In this document: one piece after another, positions 1 through 11,244 of the stretch
Numbering within the stretch: the stretch's first letter is position 1
Layout of the letters: the number at the start of each line of letters is the position of its first letter
DNA from: Sminthopsis crassicaudata
Taxonomy: Eukaryota
Direction: 5' to 3'
Length of the DNA: 56,763 bases
Assembly (NCBI RefSeq): GCF_048593235.1
Contig: NC_133618.1
Span: 1,798,001-1,854,763, forward strand
The notes under the pieces: generated by a model
The model's database searches: none
The model's input: only the letters and a program-made list of their open reading frames with translations
What the model was told of the DNA's origin: nothing
Made by a program: the position numbers and the translations under genes

Positions 1-1774
1 AGCAAGTGGTAGGAAGAAACCTCTGTTCCAACAGCTTTTTCCTTTACTTTGCATGTATTGAGGATGTATGTGTTGTGTGAATGGGTGAGAGGCAGTGCAA
101 TGGAGAGCTCTGGCAAAAACTGGCCTTTGTCCGACAAGGGTGATGTGACTGTGGGCAAGTCCTTTACTATCTCCATGGATTCTGGAATCCTTTGTCTCTT
201 AGTTGCAGAGAAAGGGCTAATAATTATTAGCAGGGGGACTTTTTCCCTTGGAAATTCCATCTAAGACAGGAATTGAAGGTCTCATCTGAAATTGTACGTG
301 CACATCTTGTTTACTCCAACAGAATATAGGCTCCTCTTTATTGGTCTTCGAATCCCCTTGGCCTGTCACATCCTAGGAATTCAGTGAATGTTTATGGAGT
401 TATTAGCAGATAATTTTGCAGAGGTTGGGCAGCTGAGGGCTTTGAATGTCAGGATTGTCCATGATTGCTTCAGCTACCAAGGCCCCTCTGCCTCCATCAG
501 CCCAAGCAATATTATTTGAAGGCAATGTGGAGAGACATTATACAAACAAAAAAAGGGGATTGTGGGGAGGGGGAAGCCAGGAAACTGTAGTCCTCTCCAT
601 AGTGTTACTTTTAACTGAGAACTCAACTGAGAACAGAGTTATTGATTCATTTTGTGGGAGCATATTAAAACCTCCTTTTGAATTCAGTTGAAAATATCAA
701 GAAATAAGCGTTTCTGCAATACAATAGCCTTGGCAGCCTTACCTGAAGGAAGGCGACATCATCAGTCCTTCATCAAACATCTCAGGAAACAATGCCCTCT
801 ACTGAAATCATTTCCCTTCTTTCTCTTAGGCCTTTGTTCCCTTTGATTTAAGAACCTATTTAAGATATCAAGAAGGAAAGCTAAAGTCTTAGAAAATGGA
901 TTAAAGGGCAGAGAAGGAAAAATATCTCATGTCTCATTAAGATTGCATTCCCCCTTTCACTAGAGGGATTAGAGTAATAATGCACCTAAGAGAAGTGCCC
1001 TCTTTTCTCCATGGTTGCTAAAAGGGACACTTTTCCACTACCTGTGTTACAAGCCCAGTAGAAATCTTGCAGACCCTCATTTCCAATCCAAGCAACCTGG
1101 ACTCCAACCATCTCCCCAAGCTCCTCATTCCTCTCCACCAGAAATTTGGATTCTGCCTCTGGATTCTCAATGAGCCCTGAAAAATGCACCTTTATCATCT
1201 TGTCCAGAAACTGTCGCCCTCGCCCCGGGGTAGAGTTGAACAAAGTCACGGGCCTTATTCTCTCTTCCAGAGTCATTGAAGTTCAATGGGAAGACAAGAT
1301 AATTGTCAATGACCCGGGCTGCAGTGGATGGTCTCGGCATTATCCATGACTGCCTAAGCTCTAAGTCCTCCCCAGCACCTCCTTCCATTGCCTTCGTGGC
1401 CATTGGAAGAAATTGTTCTTGTCTGTCTCTACCACAAGGGCAGGAGAAATGCTTGGGTCCCAACTTTCCAATGGATTTAAGGCCCATTAGCTAGCCCCAA
1501 TGCGGTTCAGCCCATCTGCTGAGCTGGTTTACTGAAGAGTGGCCGCCATACTTGGTAAAAGCTTTTGGAGCCACAGGAGAGAGTTGGGTGAATCAGGTGG
1601 TCTGAAACAGGTCCACCGGCCCTCATACCAGAGGTGCCAGTTCTCCTGAATCTCCCACACATTCCATACCTGCAGATAGATCAGTAGAGCACTAGATAAA
1701 GGGGGAGAGCTAGATGGTAGATCTAAGTCCCTAGCCAGATGACAGATCAATCGACAGTTTCGGTTGTCACTCAT

Positions 1775-1893
1775 GTTGTCACGTTAGAATGGAAGCTCCT
1801 TCAGATCAAGTCTCGTTTTTGGCTTTCTGTGTGTCCTCAATGTCTGAGCATAATGATTAGAACATAATAAGTGTTTAATAAATGCTTGTTGAC
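1775..1893 (+). mobile_element. L2 LINE 3' terminal fragment
   Basis: ttagaatggaagctcct...gtgtttaataaatgcttgttgac matches the L2 3' end as I recall it. Confidence 0.75.
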
Positions 1894-2021
1894 TTTTTTC
1901 ACCTGATGTTATCATTCTTTTATTCACAGAATGACACCATCTGAAGGCTGAAAGGGACTTCTGGGTGCCACCAGTTCAAATTGTATCTTAACAAGAAAAG
2001 CCTCCATCGCCTAATGATTGG

Positions 2022-2460
2022 TTAATCAGTAACATTTATTTTGTGCCTGATAAATGCCAGCCACCTTTCTGGGTCCCAGACATAGAACAACAAAGGTGAA
2101 GGGATTCTACCCTCCAGAATGTCAGGAAGGACAACAGCAAGGAAAATAGCATGTATCCTATAGTTTATATAAAATACATCCAATGTCAAGAACTTTTGGA
2201 AGTGGCAGCAAAGGGCATTAAGGGTATCAGAAAAAGGTTCACGTAGAAGACAAGGCTGGAGTTTTGAAGAAGACCAGGGATCCTCAAAGGTAGAGAGAAA
2301 TGGGCAGTCCATTCAAAGGATGGCAGAGACCTTAGGGGGTTCATAATTCTCACAAGGAAGTCTGGAGCTGGAGTTTGGAAGGGTTTAGCTTCCAAGCAGA
2401 GAAGTTCATATTTGACTCTAAAGGCAAATGACACCCGTTGGAGCTCTTTGAGCAAGTGAA
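2022..2460 (-). mobile_element. L2 fragment, antisense
   Basis: Starts aatcagtaacatttattttgtgcc (reverse L2 tail), followed by purine-rich L2-like body. Confidence 0.6.
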
Positions 2461-3219
2461 TAATATGAACTCTGCAAGGGACCTTGTTGCCTCACATTGA
2501 AGACAGGGAGAGGAGCCCTCTGTGGCCCCTGCCCATCTGTCCCCTATGGGAAGACCAGTCTAGGATAAAGTCTAAATTTACTTTTGGAAGACTTCTTTCT
2601 GCTCACTGCCTATAGTTCTACCTTTTAGGTACAAACAGAACCCAAAGTGCTTCTGTTCCCTTCAAATACCTGAAGACAGGTCTTTACCTCTTCCTCCCTC
2701 CTCCTCCACCCCAACTTCCAGTTCTTTGCCTCCTCTGGACTCATCAATACTCTCATCTGTGGGGTCCAGAATGGATCACGATACTTTTTATGTTTTATGT
2801 TGTGTTTTTCAATCAGACTTCCCTCCATATTTACATGGATCCACTGACTACTTTTTTTTTTACCCACCCAATCAGTTCTGAATCCATTTCCTTGTACAAT
2901 GGCCTAGCCCACATCTCTCCATCTTTTTCACAGAAAAGCCTGAGATACCTGATCAAATGCTTGCCTAAAATGTAGGCAAAATAATTTGGAAAATCATTAA
3001 TTTATTATTTACATTAAATTAAATATTAATATTAAAAATAGCAATTGTTTTTATGAGGCAGGTGGAGCACCAGTAGTTCTCTACTGATCCTTCCTTCCCA
3101 ACTCCCGACAGTCACTATCTTGGAACCTTGACTCAAAAAGTCCTGGGAACCAGTGACTTTGTATAAAAGGGGATCCTACAAAGCTTTGCAATTTGCCTTT
3201 CACTTCTTCATGATTGCAG

Positions 3220-3426
3220 CCATCCATCCTCTGGGACATCAGCGGGTGAGTCTAAGCTGGGGACCATCTTTGCATTTTCCCGAGCCAAGCTTGTGACCCA
3301 CTCTAGACAAAACATATTGCACAACGGCAGTTCCCTTTAGGGTTCTATTCAGAAAGCTAATGGTTTTCTGTTGTTGTTTTGATTTAATTATGTCAGGGCT
3401 GCTGTGATGACTCTGGGTATTTGAAG
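3220..3426 (+). other. Two candidate small exons (3220-3245 and 3397-3426)
   Basis: Pyrimidine-rich acceptors (cctttcacttcttcatgattgcag; ttgttttgatttaattatgtcag) and strong donors (CGG|gtgagt, AAG|gtgaga). Joinable in frame as IHPLGHQR-GCCDDSGYLK. No homolog recognised. Confidence 0.25.
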
Positions 3427-4062
3427 GTGAGAATATGTTTGCTGAACTTGGCTTTGTTCCACAAGTCACAATGATTTAGGCAAATTATCCATATTTAAGA
3501 AGGAAAGCCAGCACATGCCTGTGAGGGGGTTGCAGGATGAAGAGACAGGACCTTGGGAGTGGAGAACTGAACATGCTGGGCAAGGGTGAGGAGGTTTGGC
3601 TTTTGTTTGGATAGGAAGCCTTTACCTGAAAATGGACACAATTACAAAGGAGCAGAAATGGCACCGGGCTTTGTACGAGGAAATGAGATAATTTCCCAAC
3701 CAAACAAGCAGGCTCGTCCTGAAAGGAAGCCCATTAAAAATAGACCGAAGCAGTCAGTTAATGGAGGAGAAATTCAATTTGAAAATGAGAGCACATCTTC
3801 TGATGGAAAGGGCAGACAGTGGAACCCTGTGCCTAATGAGCTACAGGAGAGAGGCTCAAGTTTAATCTAGATAATTTTCGATAATTGCATAGAAAGCACA
3901 GGGCAAAATCATTTCTGCTTCCCCCGCCCCACTCCCATTTGATGGCAAAGATTTGATCAGAAAGTTAGAAACCTATACTAAGATTCCCTTTATCTGTGAC
4001 TCTATTTCAGATTTACTTTTGAAATTCCAAACAAATTCCAGCAGTTTGCTGCAGATAACCAG

Positions 4063-4259
4063 ATGAAGTCCTGCCACCAAACCCCACAGTGCCCAGCAGC
4101 CCAGAAGCAAAAGTGCGAGAAGGTCCTGGGTCCTCCTGGGTCCTCCTGGGTCCACTCTTGCCACGAACCCAGGAGCTCAAGAATGACATTAGGAAGAAAC
4201 CTGATCTTGTAGTCATGTCCATCCCTCCTCTTGCTAACGAAGATGACACTGAGGTCTAG
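4063..4259 (+). CDS. Candidate terminal coding exon of unknown protein ending ...SIPPLANEDDTEV*
   Basis: AG at 4061-4062, then 64 open codons in GC- and CpG-richer sequence. Acceptor is only moderate, a 10-bp tandem repeat lies inside, and no homolog is recognised. Confidence 0.15.
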
Positions 4260-4313
4260 AGCAGTCATGTAATTCTCTAAGGTCCAACAGGGACTACACA
4301 AGAGAGCCAAAAC

Positions 4314-4718
4314 TTTTTTTTTTTCAAATTAATAGTTTTTTTTTTACTTTCAAATTATATGCAAAAATAGTTGTCAACATTCACCCTTGCAAAACTTTGT
4401 GTTTGGATTTTTTTTCTCTCTCCCTCCCCCCTACCTCCTTCCTTATAGGTGAGTAATCCAGTGTATGTTTAAAAAAATGTGCAATTGTTCTATATACATT
4501 TCTACAATTATCAAGTTGCACAAGAAAAATCAGACCAAAAAGAAAAAAAATGAGAAAGAAAAACAAAAAGCAAGCAAACAAAACAAAAATGGTGAAAAGA
4601 CTATGCTGTGGTCCACAGTAAGTGTCCATAGAACTCTCTCTGGGTGAAGGCGGCTCTCTCCATCACAAGGTATTGGAATTGGCCTGAAGCACTTCATTGT
4701 TGAAAAGAGCCACTTCCT
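4314..4718 (-). mobile_element. L1 3'UTR fragment, antisense
   Basis: T-run followed by the reverse complement of the 3'UTR seen after ORF2 at 38000-38420. Confidence 0.85.
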
Positions 4719-6391
4719 ATTTCTGCTGGAGACTCACAGGAAAGGACTATGGAAATGAGAGACACTTTGGGGGATGAAGAGAAATGGAGAAGATGAGCAT
4801 CTGACAATGAGATCTAGCTTCCGAATCATGACTTTAAATGTGGAAAATAGAGACTCTTGGTCAGGGATGGAATAAACACAGAAAGAGCCATATGTGAATC
4901 TTAATGGTAGATAGAATGGTGTCCATGTCGGTATCCCAGCTCCTGTCACTTGCATCAGAGAATTTGAAAATGTGTATTGTGTAGTTATAACATATGTATG
5001 CATACCCATCTGCATACATGTATTTATGTGTATGCACATGTATGTAAATGCCACGTACATACATGTGTTGCAAAGGGACTTGAACCAAGATCTGTAGGAA
5101 AAAGTAGAAATGGCCCTCTTAGACCTGAGCAGACATGGCTGCTACTCTAGAGAGAAACAAGAGAGAAATGAGAATATTAACAGAGAGAACCAGTCATTCC
5201 CCAAAACTAGGATTTAAAAACCAAGCCAACCCTAAAGTTCTGGTCTTCAGTTGTTGATGCCCAAAATCTTGAGCTATGACCAAGAAAAATGTTGACATTG
5301 AAATCCTGACAGATGCTGGTAATATTTGATCTCAGAAGTGGTGCTGAGGCAAGTGCTTGGGACTAATATTAGGGGGACTTCTAACGGAGGGCGACATCTC
5401 CAGCCTAGCTCTGTGGGGTGATTGGACCCAGAGATGGAGGTGACCTATTAATCTCTGCCTTTATCATTTAGCAGTTGCAGGAATTGTTGGGTGGTTATTG
5501 GGTGGCCCAATCAAGTTTTCTGTCTCTGCCTCTTCATGGGTAATATAAAGATCTCATTCATGTTGAAGAGATAAGGCCTTTGGACTGAACAGTAAATGGC
5601 ACAGCATGTAGATATGCAGAATGTGTGTAGAGGTGTATGTATGGGGAGCATAATCATATATATATATATATCTTGGAAGAGTTAACTTGTAGAAAGACTT
5701 GGAGGGGACGTGAGAGTGGCTTGAAAGGGCTGTCCTGAGGAATAGGGATTAGCTTTGGACTGGCTGGACTGATAACAGAATAAAGTCCGCAAGGTAGAGA
5801 ATACAGACAGGCAGACCTGGGCTTTTGACAGAAACACAAGCTCGTAGTGCTTCGGTCTCCCAAGCCTTGGTTTTAGGCAGCCTCCAAAGCCACCAGGTTC
5901 CTTGCTTCCTGGAACTGCCTAAGAAGAGACCAACTGACTCTCTGTTGGCAATATGGCAGAGACAGGACTTTTTTTTTTTTTTTTGGTCTAGAATGCCCCT
6001 CCTGGATTTAAAGTTGTTCCCGTCTGGCTGCCTGAAGGAAGGAGATCGTGGCTATGAAATATTTCTGAACTTGAAGGTTCTCAGTGGAGGGCACTGATGT
6101 CTGCCATGTCCACTAGAGACATTTCTGCTAAAAAGCCACCAACAACATAAGGACGCTGCCCGGTCAATGGATAGTTCAAAAGAAGCAAAGGGGGGATGTG
6201 AGGGCGTTGGTGGGATTGTCTTCATTATGTGTGTCAGGTAGATGTAAAACCTCAATGCACCTGACACGTGCTTATTGCTCTATGTGGTCCTCATGATAAG
6301 GATAAACAAAAGGTCCCCCAGGAATTTTCCTGGGTAAATGTTGCTGAGAAATAAAAAGCAAATCTATAAAATTACAAAAATGAGCCAAATA

Positions 6392-6740
6392 CTTACTTAA
6401 TTCAACACCCACTGTGTGCCAAGCATTTTGTTGGGTTCTAGAGTCACAAAAAAGGCCTGAGGCAACTCACAATCAACGGAGGGAGGGGGGCATCTAGCAA
6501 ACAATATGTACAAACACGCTTTGGGCAGGATGAATAGGAAATAACTAACCAAAGGAGAGCATTAGCAATAAAGACGATTGTGAAAGGTTACTGTAGAAGG
6601 AGGAATTTTAGTTGGGACCTGAAAGAAGCCAGGGCAATAGAGCATTCTAGGCACCCAGAGTGAATGTCCAGGAACAAAAGAGAGTGTCCTGTTCAAGAAC
6701 AGCCAGGAAGTCAGCCTCACTGGATCAGGCAAAGTAGACA
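6392..6740 (-). mobile_element. L2 fragment, antisense
   Basis: cacccactgtgtgccaagc...gaggcaactcacaatc resembles the reverse L2 3' region. Confidence 0.65.
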
Positions 6741-7289
6741 CCTGGGTTCTTGGGGTATTTCATACATAGACATGTCATGGTGGTGACAGGAGTTAGAAGA
6801 CTCTGGGCAAGATGAGCCCTGGAACGATGTCACAAAAAGCAGAAATTACTCTATATGTACACAGAGAAAATGATGATGGATTCCTCAAGTCAGAGTCTTT
6901 CTTGAATCAGCCACCTTTGCCTAATCAGGTCACTCACTAATGAGAATTTACTATAGACCCCAAATTAGAAGAAAATATAAAAGATGAAAAAGTCCTGGGC
7001 AAAGTTTTCCTGGCTCCAATGCCATCTCTTCTAATTGTCTGCCACTGCTGCACATTTGGAAATACTAGTGATGAAGAGAGTGGCTGGGACCAGGGTTTGA
7101 CCAATGGCGTGCATCGAAGGCGGACAGATGGGAGGAAAGTGGTAACATTAATGGTACCGTCTCATCATGAAGGACCTTCAGAGAGAGACAGATTTGAATC
7201 CTGACATCCTAGTCTTTGTTCATTCCAAGAGGCCATGACAACAGGATGAAGATGATCAAATCGGGAAGAATGGTTGGACCAGACTCAGC

Positions 7290-7480
7290 ATCTCTATAAG
7301 AAATTAGTGCTGATATATGACAATTATGGAAATATGTTTCAAACATCCATACAACTGCTTGCTGTCTTGGGGAGGGGAAGGTTAGATAAGGAGGGTGACA
7401 AATTTGAAACATCAAGTCTTACAAAAATGGATTTTGAAAACTCTCTTTACATATATTTGGAAAAATAAAGTATTTTTAAG
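7290..7480 (+). mobile_element. Old L1 3' terminal fragment
   Basis: cttgctgtcttggggagggg...aaatttgaaac...ggaaaaataaa parallels the other L1 termini in the window. Confidence 0.7.
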
Positions 7481-7751
7481 AAATTGGTGTTGGAGAGAAA
7501 ATAAAATATATACATCAATACAAACTTTGGAAAACACTGAAAAACGGATTTTCAATGTGTAACAAAGAAGAAAAGATAACAAATGACTGGGGGCAGACTT
7601 GCCACGAGGGCAATAACTTTTAGTGCTGTTCTTTTGCCTCTTTATAATGTCTTTTGCACTGATTCATACACATACTGAAGGCAACCTTGATGAAGATAGG
7701 ATAGGACCAGACATGCTTCCAGCAACAATTTTCTACAGTGATAATCACTAG

Positions 7752-7872
7752 AGTGGTAGTACAGCATAATGGAAAGATAATAGATAATAGGTCTCCAAAT
7801 TAAGATGATTCCGGCTCAAGTCCTCCTTGACATATATTGACTGTGTGACCTTGGGAAAGCCATTTAGCCTGT
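7752..7872 (+). mobile_element. MIR-type CORE-SINE
   Basis: ggctcaagtcctcc...tgtgtgaccttgggaaagccatttagcct CORE motif. Confidence 0.7.
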
Positions 7873-7879
7873 TAGTGGA

Positions 7880-8120
7880 GGCCATGTGCTTAGACCTTAT
7901 GCTGACTTGTAGTTGCATTGAAGGAACCTGAATTCTTTTTCATAATCAACCATCAATATGAGCTCGCTCTTAGGGTGCTTGGATTCTTTCAGTCACTTGT
8001 GAGATGATAAGAATGTGGCCTGCTGTTGAACATCAGTTTTCCCGTTGGGATACTTGGGATTCTCTCCTCAATGATGCACTCAAGTTGTGTAGAGATGACA
8101 ATCAAAAGTACTGTATAAAG
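7880..8120 (-). mobile_element. RTE-clade LINE reverse transcriptase fragment
   Basis: Minus strand translates HILIISQVTER...LMVDYEKEF, resembling the RTE RT motif DHIF...LFVDYEKAFDSV; degenerate, contains a stop. Confidence 0.6.
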
Positions 8121-8362
8121 AGTCAGCAGATAGGTTGGTAATTGTGAATATTCTCTCAGCCACTAGAAACAATTTACAAAATATTAATTCAAATAATTAG
8201 AAATATTTTAAGTGAGAAGAAATGTTTTCCTTAAATATGGAATTTAAACAATGTTCCTTGAATTTGGGGCAAGCAGCGGAAGCCTGTACTGTTTAAGGAA
8301 AGTCTCATAAGGCTTTTGGAAAGAGGAGTGGGATTCTAAACAGCCTGGTTGGAAGAGAAATC

Positions 8363-8684
8363 TCAGTTTCTGAGGCAGCCCTCCAGAATTTCTCTTGTTG
8401 GAAGAGTAAACTCTGTCGAGCACTTCTGCATGCATGGATGATTGAAATAGCCTCTCCAAAGGAGGATCCAACTGGACCTATAGAAATGTTTGGTTGAGTC
8501 ATTTTTTTTCTTTTTCTTTTCTTTTTTAAGCAACTCCTGGTGGGCAATTTCTGCCTCATTAAGGGCTTGACGTGCATTTCTGAGAACACTGTTCATGGTG
8601 TTGTGCTGAGGAAATGTCAAGTCATTTACACTGTTGATGGGAGCAGATGGTCTGCTGACATCTTCAGAGAATGATTTTAAGAGG
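8363..8684 (-). CDS. Candidate coding exon of an unrecognised protein (LLKSFSEDV...LRNARQALNEAEIAHQELLKK...)
   Basis: Acceptor ctctctgtctctgtcttccggcttccag at 8685, then 106 open codons with a helix/coiled-coil-like stretch. Phase-compatible with a candidate exon at 10079-10138. The poly-K run could instead be a plus-strand polypyrimidine tract. Confidence 0.3.
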
Positions 8685-9349
8685 CTGGAAGCCGGAAGAC
8701 AGAGACAGAGAGTAACCCAGCTCACTGCTGAGGGCATGTCCTCGGAGATTCACACTGTAGGGGCCCTTCTCGTGATTGTAGCTGGGGACTGTGGGCCAGA
8801 GCACCTCCTGACCCATCCGGCCCTGCCTTCTGAAGACACCTGGAGGGTGGAGCTGCCATCATTCCATCATTCCCCTTGGCTGGCTCCGTTCCCAGCATAC
8901 TCTGTAGAAGGTCTGTGCAGTAGCTTCCTGACTTCAAGAACCCGTTTAGTTCCTCTGACTCACACACACCTCAATCAAGGAGCAACCTTTTCAACATCTC
9001 TTGCATCCATTTTCTTGACTCCACCATATCATGAGTCCCCTGCTTCAAGTCGCCATTCCCTCTTGCCTGGACTTTTTAGTCTCTTCCTTCTGTTCATCCT
9101 TCCTATAGCTACCCAATGGATATAACTAAAGCCATTCACTGGTCATGAAGGCTCACCGAGGCTGAGCCTGTGGGTTAGCAGGAATCCCTCTGCCTGTTAT
9201 TTAAAGAGCTTTCCCACTTGTTGATCTCTCCAATCCAGCAACTTTACAGACTGATCTAAGGTCACTTCTCTCCAACACTCCATGTCCAAGGCAAATTGGT
9301 CTCCTTGTTGTTACCTTGGCACATGTCTCCAAGTCCCTGTGACTGGGCA

Positions 9350-9560
9350 CAGAATGATTCCCCATTTATAAACTTCTTCTGCCTCTTAAAACTCCTCGAT
9401 TCCTTCAAAGTTCAGCCCAAGTTTTGTCTCATCCAAGAAAGTGTCCCTCATCCCCCAGTTGTTAGTGCTCCCATCCTAGAACACTCTCCATTCATTCAGA
9501 ATCATGTTATTTCCTTATCTGGGCAGATAGCATATAATATCAGCCAAACAAAAGCTTCCT
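9350..9560 (+). mobile_element. L2 fragment
   Basis: ttccttcaaagttcagcccaag...aagaaagtgtccctcatcccc L2-like motif, also present at about 11530. Confidence 0.55.
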
Positions 9561-9864
9561 AAAACCAGAGACTCTCTTGCTTTTGGACATTTAACCTCAG
9601 CCCCTGGATTAACTTGCTTCACAGCAAGTAGCTATTTACTAAGTAGTGATTTGGTGATTATTGCCTGTCCCATGTTTGGAAGGTTCTCATGCCCATGACT
9701 TCCTCTGGAGTTACAACTACCGTTTTAAGCTCAGGTGATACTTTGCCTTTTGGCTCCTGTGATAGTCCAAGTGAGGCGTCCATTGTGAGCAAAAGCGGCA
9801 AGGTGCCATTGTGGGAGTGGAGAATCTTGGAGAATATATTTTTTTAAAAGTTCGAATTCTGCTT

Positions 9865-10035
9865 TAGATATGTGCTAGAGGCTCCATCCTCAAAAAGCCA
9901 TTCAGTCTGTTTGAAGCTCAGTTTCCTCTTTTGTAAAATGGGGACAACAGCAATTCAACTGTAGTAGTTTTGTAATGAGGATATTAAGATGATCAAAGAA
10001 GGAAATATATGTATATTAATTGGAAGCAGTTTGAC
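9865..10035 (+). mobile_element. MIR
   Basis: ctcagtttcctcttttgtaaaatgggg CORE, followed by gtgagg-like tail. Confidence 0.7.
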
Positions 10036-10078
10036 GTCTTGGGAAGACATCTGGCCTTAGAGGTAGGAAATCACTTAC

Positions 10079-10138
10079 CTACTCCTATGCATGGTAGTTA
10101 TTTTAAAATTATCATTAGTATTGTTCTCCCCACCATCA
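10079..10138 (-). CDS. Candidate 60-nt phase 2-2 exon (DGGENNTNDNFKITTMHRS)
   Basis: tttactgtgcctgtag acceptor, consensus AG|GTAAGT donor, single clean frame that continues into the 8684 exon. Confidence 0.25.
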
Positions 10139-10963
10139 CTACAGGCACAGTAAATACCACTAAACTTCCTGCAGAGGTTGTGTTCCTCTCAGGGATTGTC
10201 TCTTGGAGTCTGCCTCTCCTCTCTGGCATGTGTGGGGAGTGTGAGGGACTATGGAGTTCTGACAAAGTTTTGGATGGGTTCCAGGAATAACTTGTTAGAT
10301 GAATGTAACTTGGAGTGTCCTCAAGGGAACTGCCGAGAAATGCTGCTGTCCTTTGGGAGGCAATTACTCAGATTGTCGCTGACCTTCTTTACTCTGGGAT
10401 TTATTGAATCCAGACCCAATATCTGGTTTCATTTCAAAGTCCCTGTCTGCCTTGCAAGTCCCAAGGCCAAGGCCAGTTGTCAGAGAGCCCTGATCCCTGC
10501 CAAGAACCAGCACTCCCAGCAATGCCTCTGCCAGGAGATTATCACGCCTGTTCCCGTTAGAATCAACATTTCTTTTTCTGGCTCATTTAAAACAAAATGC
10601 AATTCAGTTTAGAAGATAAGTGCCTTAATTTGCAAATGGTTGACAGAAGAGGAAGAATAGTCAGGAATCTGGACTTAAAAGTCATTTGGGTCTGATGACA
10701 AGGGTGCCTGTGAAGTGGGGACTTTGTCTAGGAGAAGGGCCATTCTCTCCATCACGTGCTCAGAGCGGGAGGTGGTACAGTGGAAGGGAAGTTTCAGGAC
10801 CTGCTTACCCACATACTACCTGTAGATAAGGCACTGAAATGCTTTTAGCCTCAGTTTCTCTACCTATATTGTCTGGAAGGCAGCTAAGGTCTCTGCTGCT
10901 TCCAGATTTATGATCTGGTAACAACCAATGATTATGCTCAATATCAGTGACAGGAAGAAAGAC

Positions 10964-11237
10964 CCTTCTGCCATCCTCAAGCTCCTTTTCTTCCCAGAGG
11001 GAATTCAGACCATTCATAAGACACTGCTAAGAGTTCTAGAACTACATGGAGCCAGGACAAAAGTGGGACTCCAGATTATGCCTTTCCCTGCTGTCCTTGA
11101 ATAATACAGCTCTGATGGGTAAAAAGTAACCTTCTGCCATCCTCAAGCTCCTTTTCTTCCCAGAGGGAATTCAGACCATTCATAAGACACTGCTAAGAGT
11201 TCTAGAACTACATGGAGCCAGGGCAAAGGTGGGACTC
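10964..11237. repeat. 108-bp direct repeat pair (10964-11071, 11130-11237) with 58-bp spacer
   Basis: Direct comparison by eye gives 2 mismatches in 108 bp. Confidence 0.95.
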
Positions 11238-11244
11238 ATGGGTT

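Noticed and set aside
830-893. Terminal exon AFVPFDLRTYLRYQEGKLKS*
   Set aside because: Good acceptor, but 20 open codons in one of three frames is expected by chance and no protein was recognised
2688-3714. Minus-strand exon chain (3622-3714, 2688-2757, then about 1670)
   Set aside because: Splice sites are plausible, but the joined peptides do not look like a coherent protein and conflict with plus-strand candidates over the same bases
4063-4212. SPRR/LCE-like peptide MKSCHQTPQCPAAQKQK...
   Set aside because: Only superficial Gln/Cys/Pro bias; no repeats or cluster context typical of epidermal differentiation genes
8634-10612. Plus ORFs of 163 aa and 144 aa
   Set aside because: No recognisable motifs or supporting splice structure; lengths are within chance expectation for the amount of unique DNA here
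9157-10820. Two 11-nt minus micro-exons with strong donors (about 9157-9167 and about 10810-10820)
   Set aside because: Not multiples of three; including the first would put a stop in the downstream frame; such donor matches are frequent by chance
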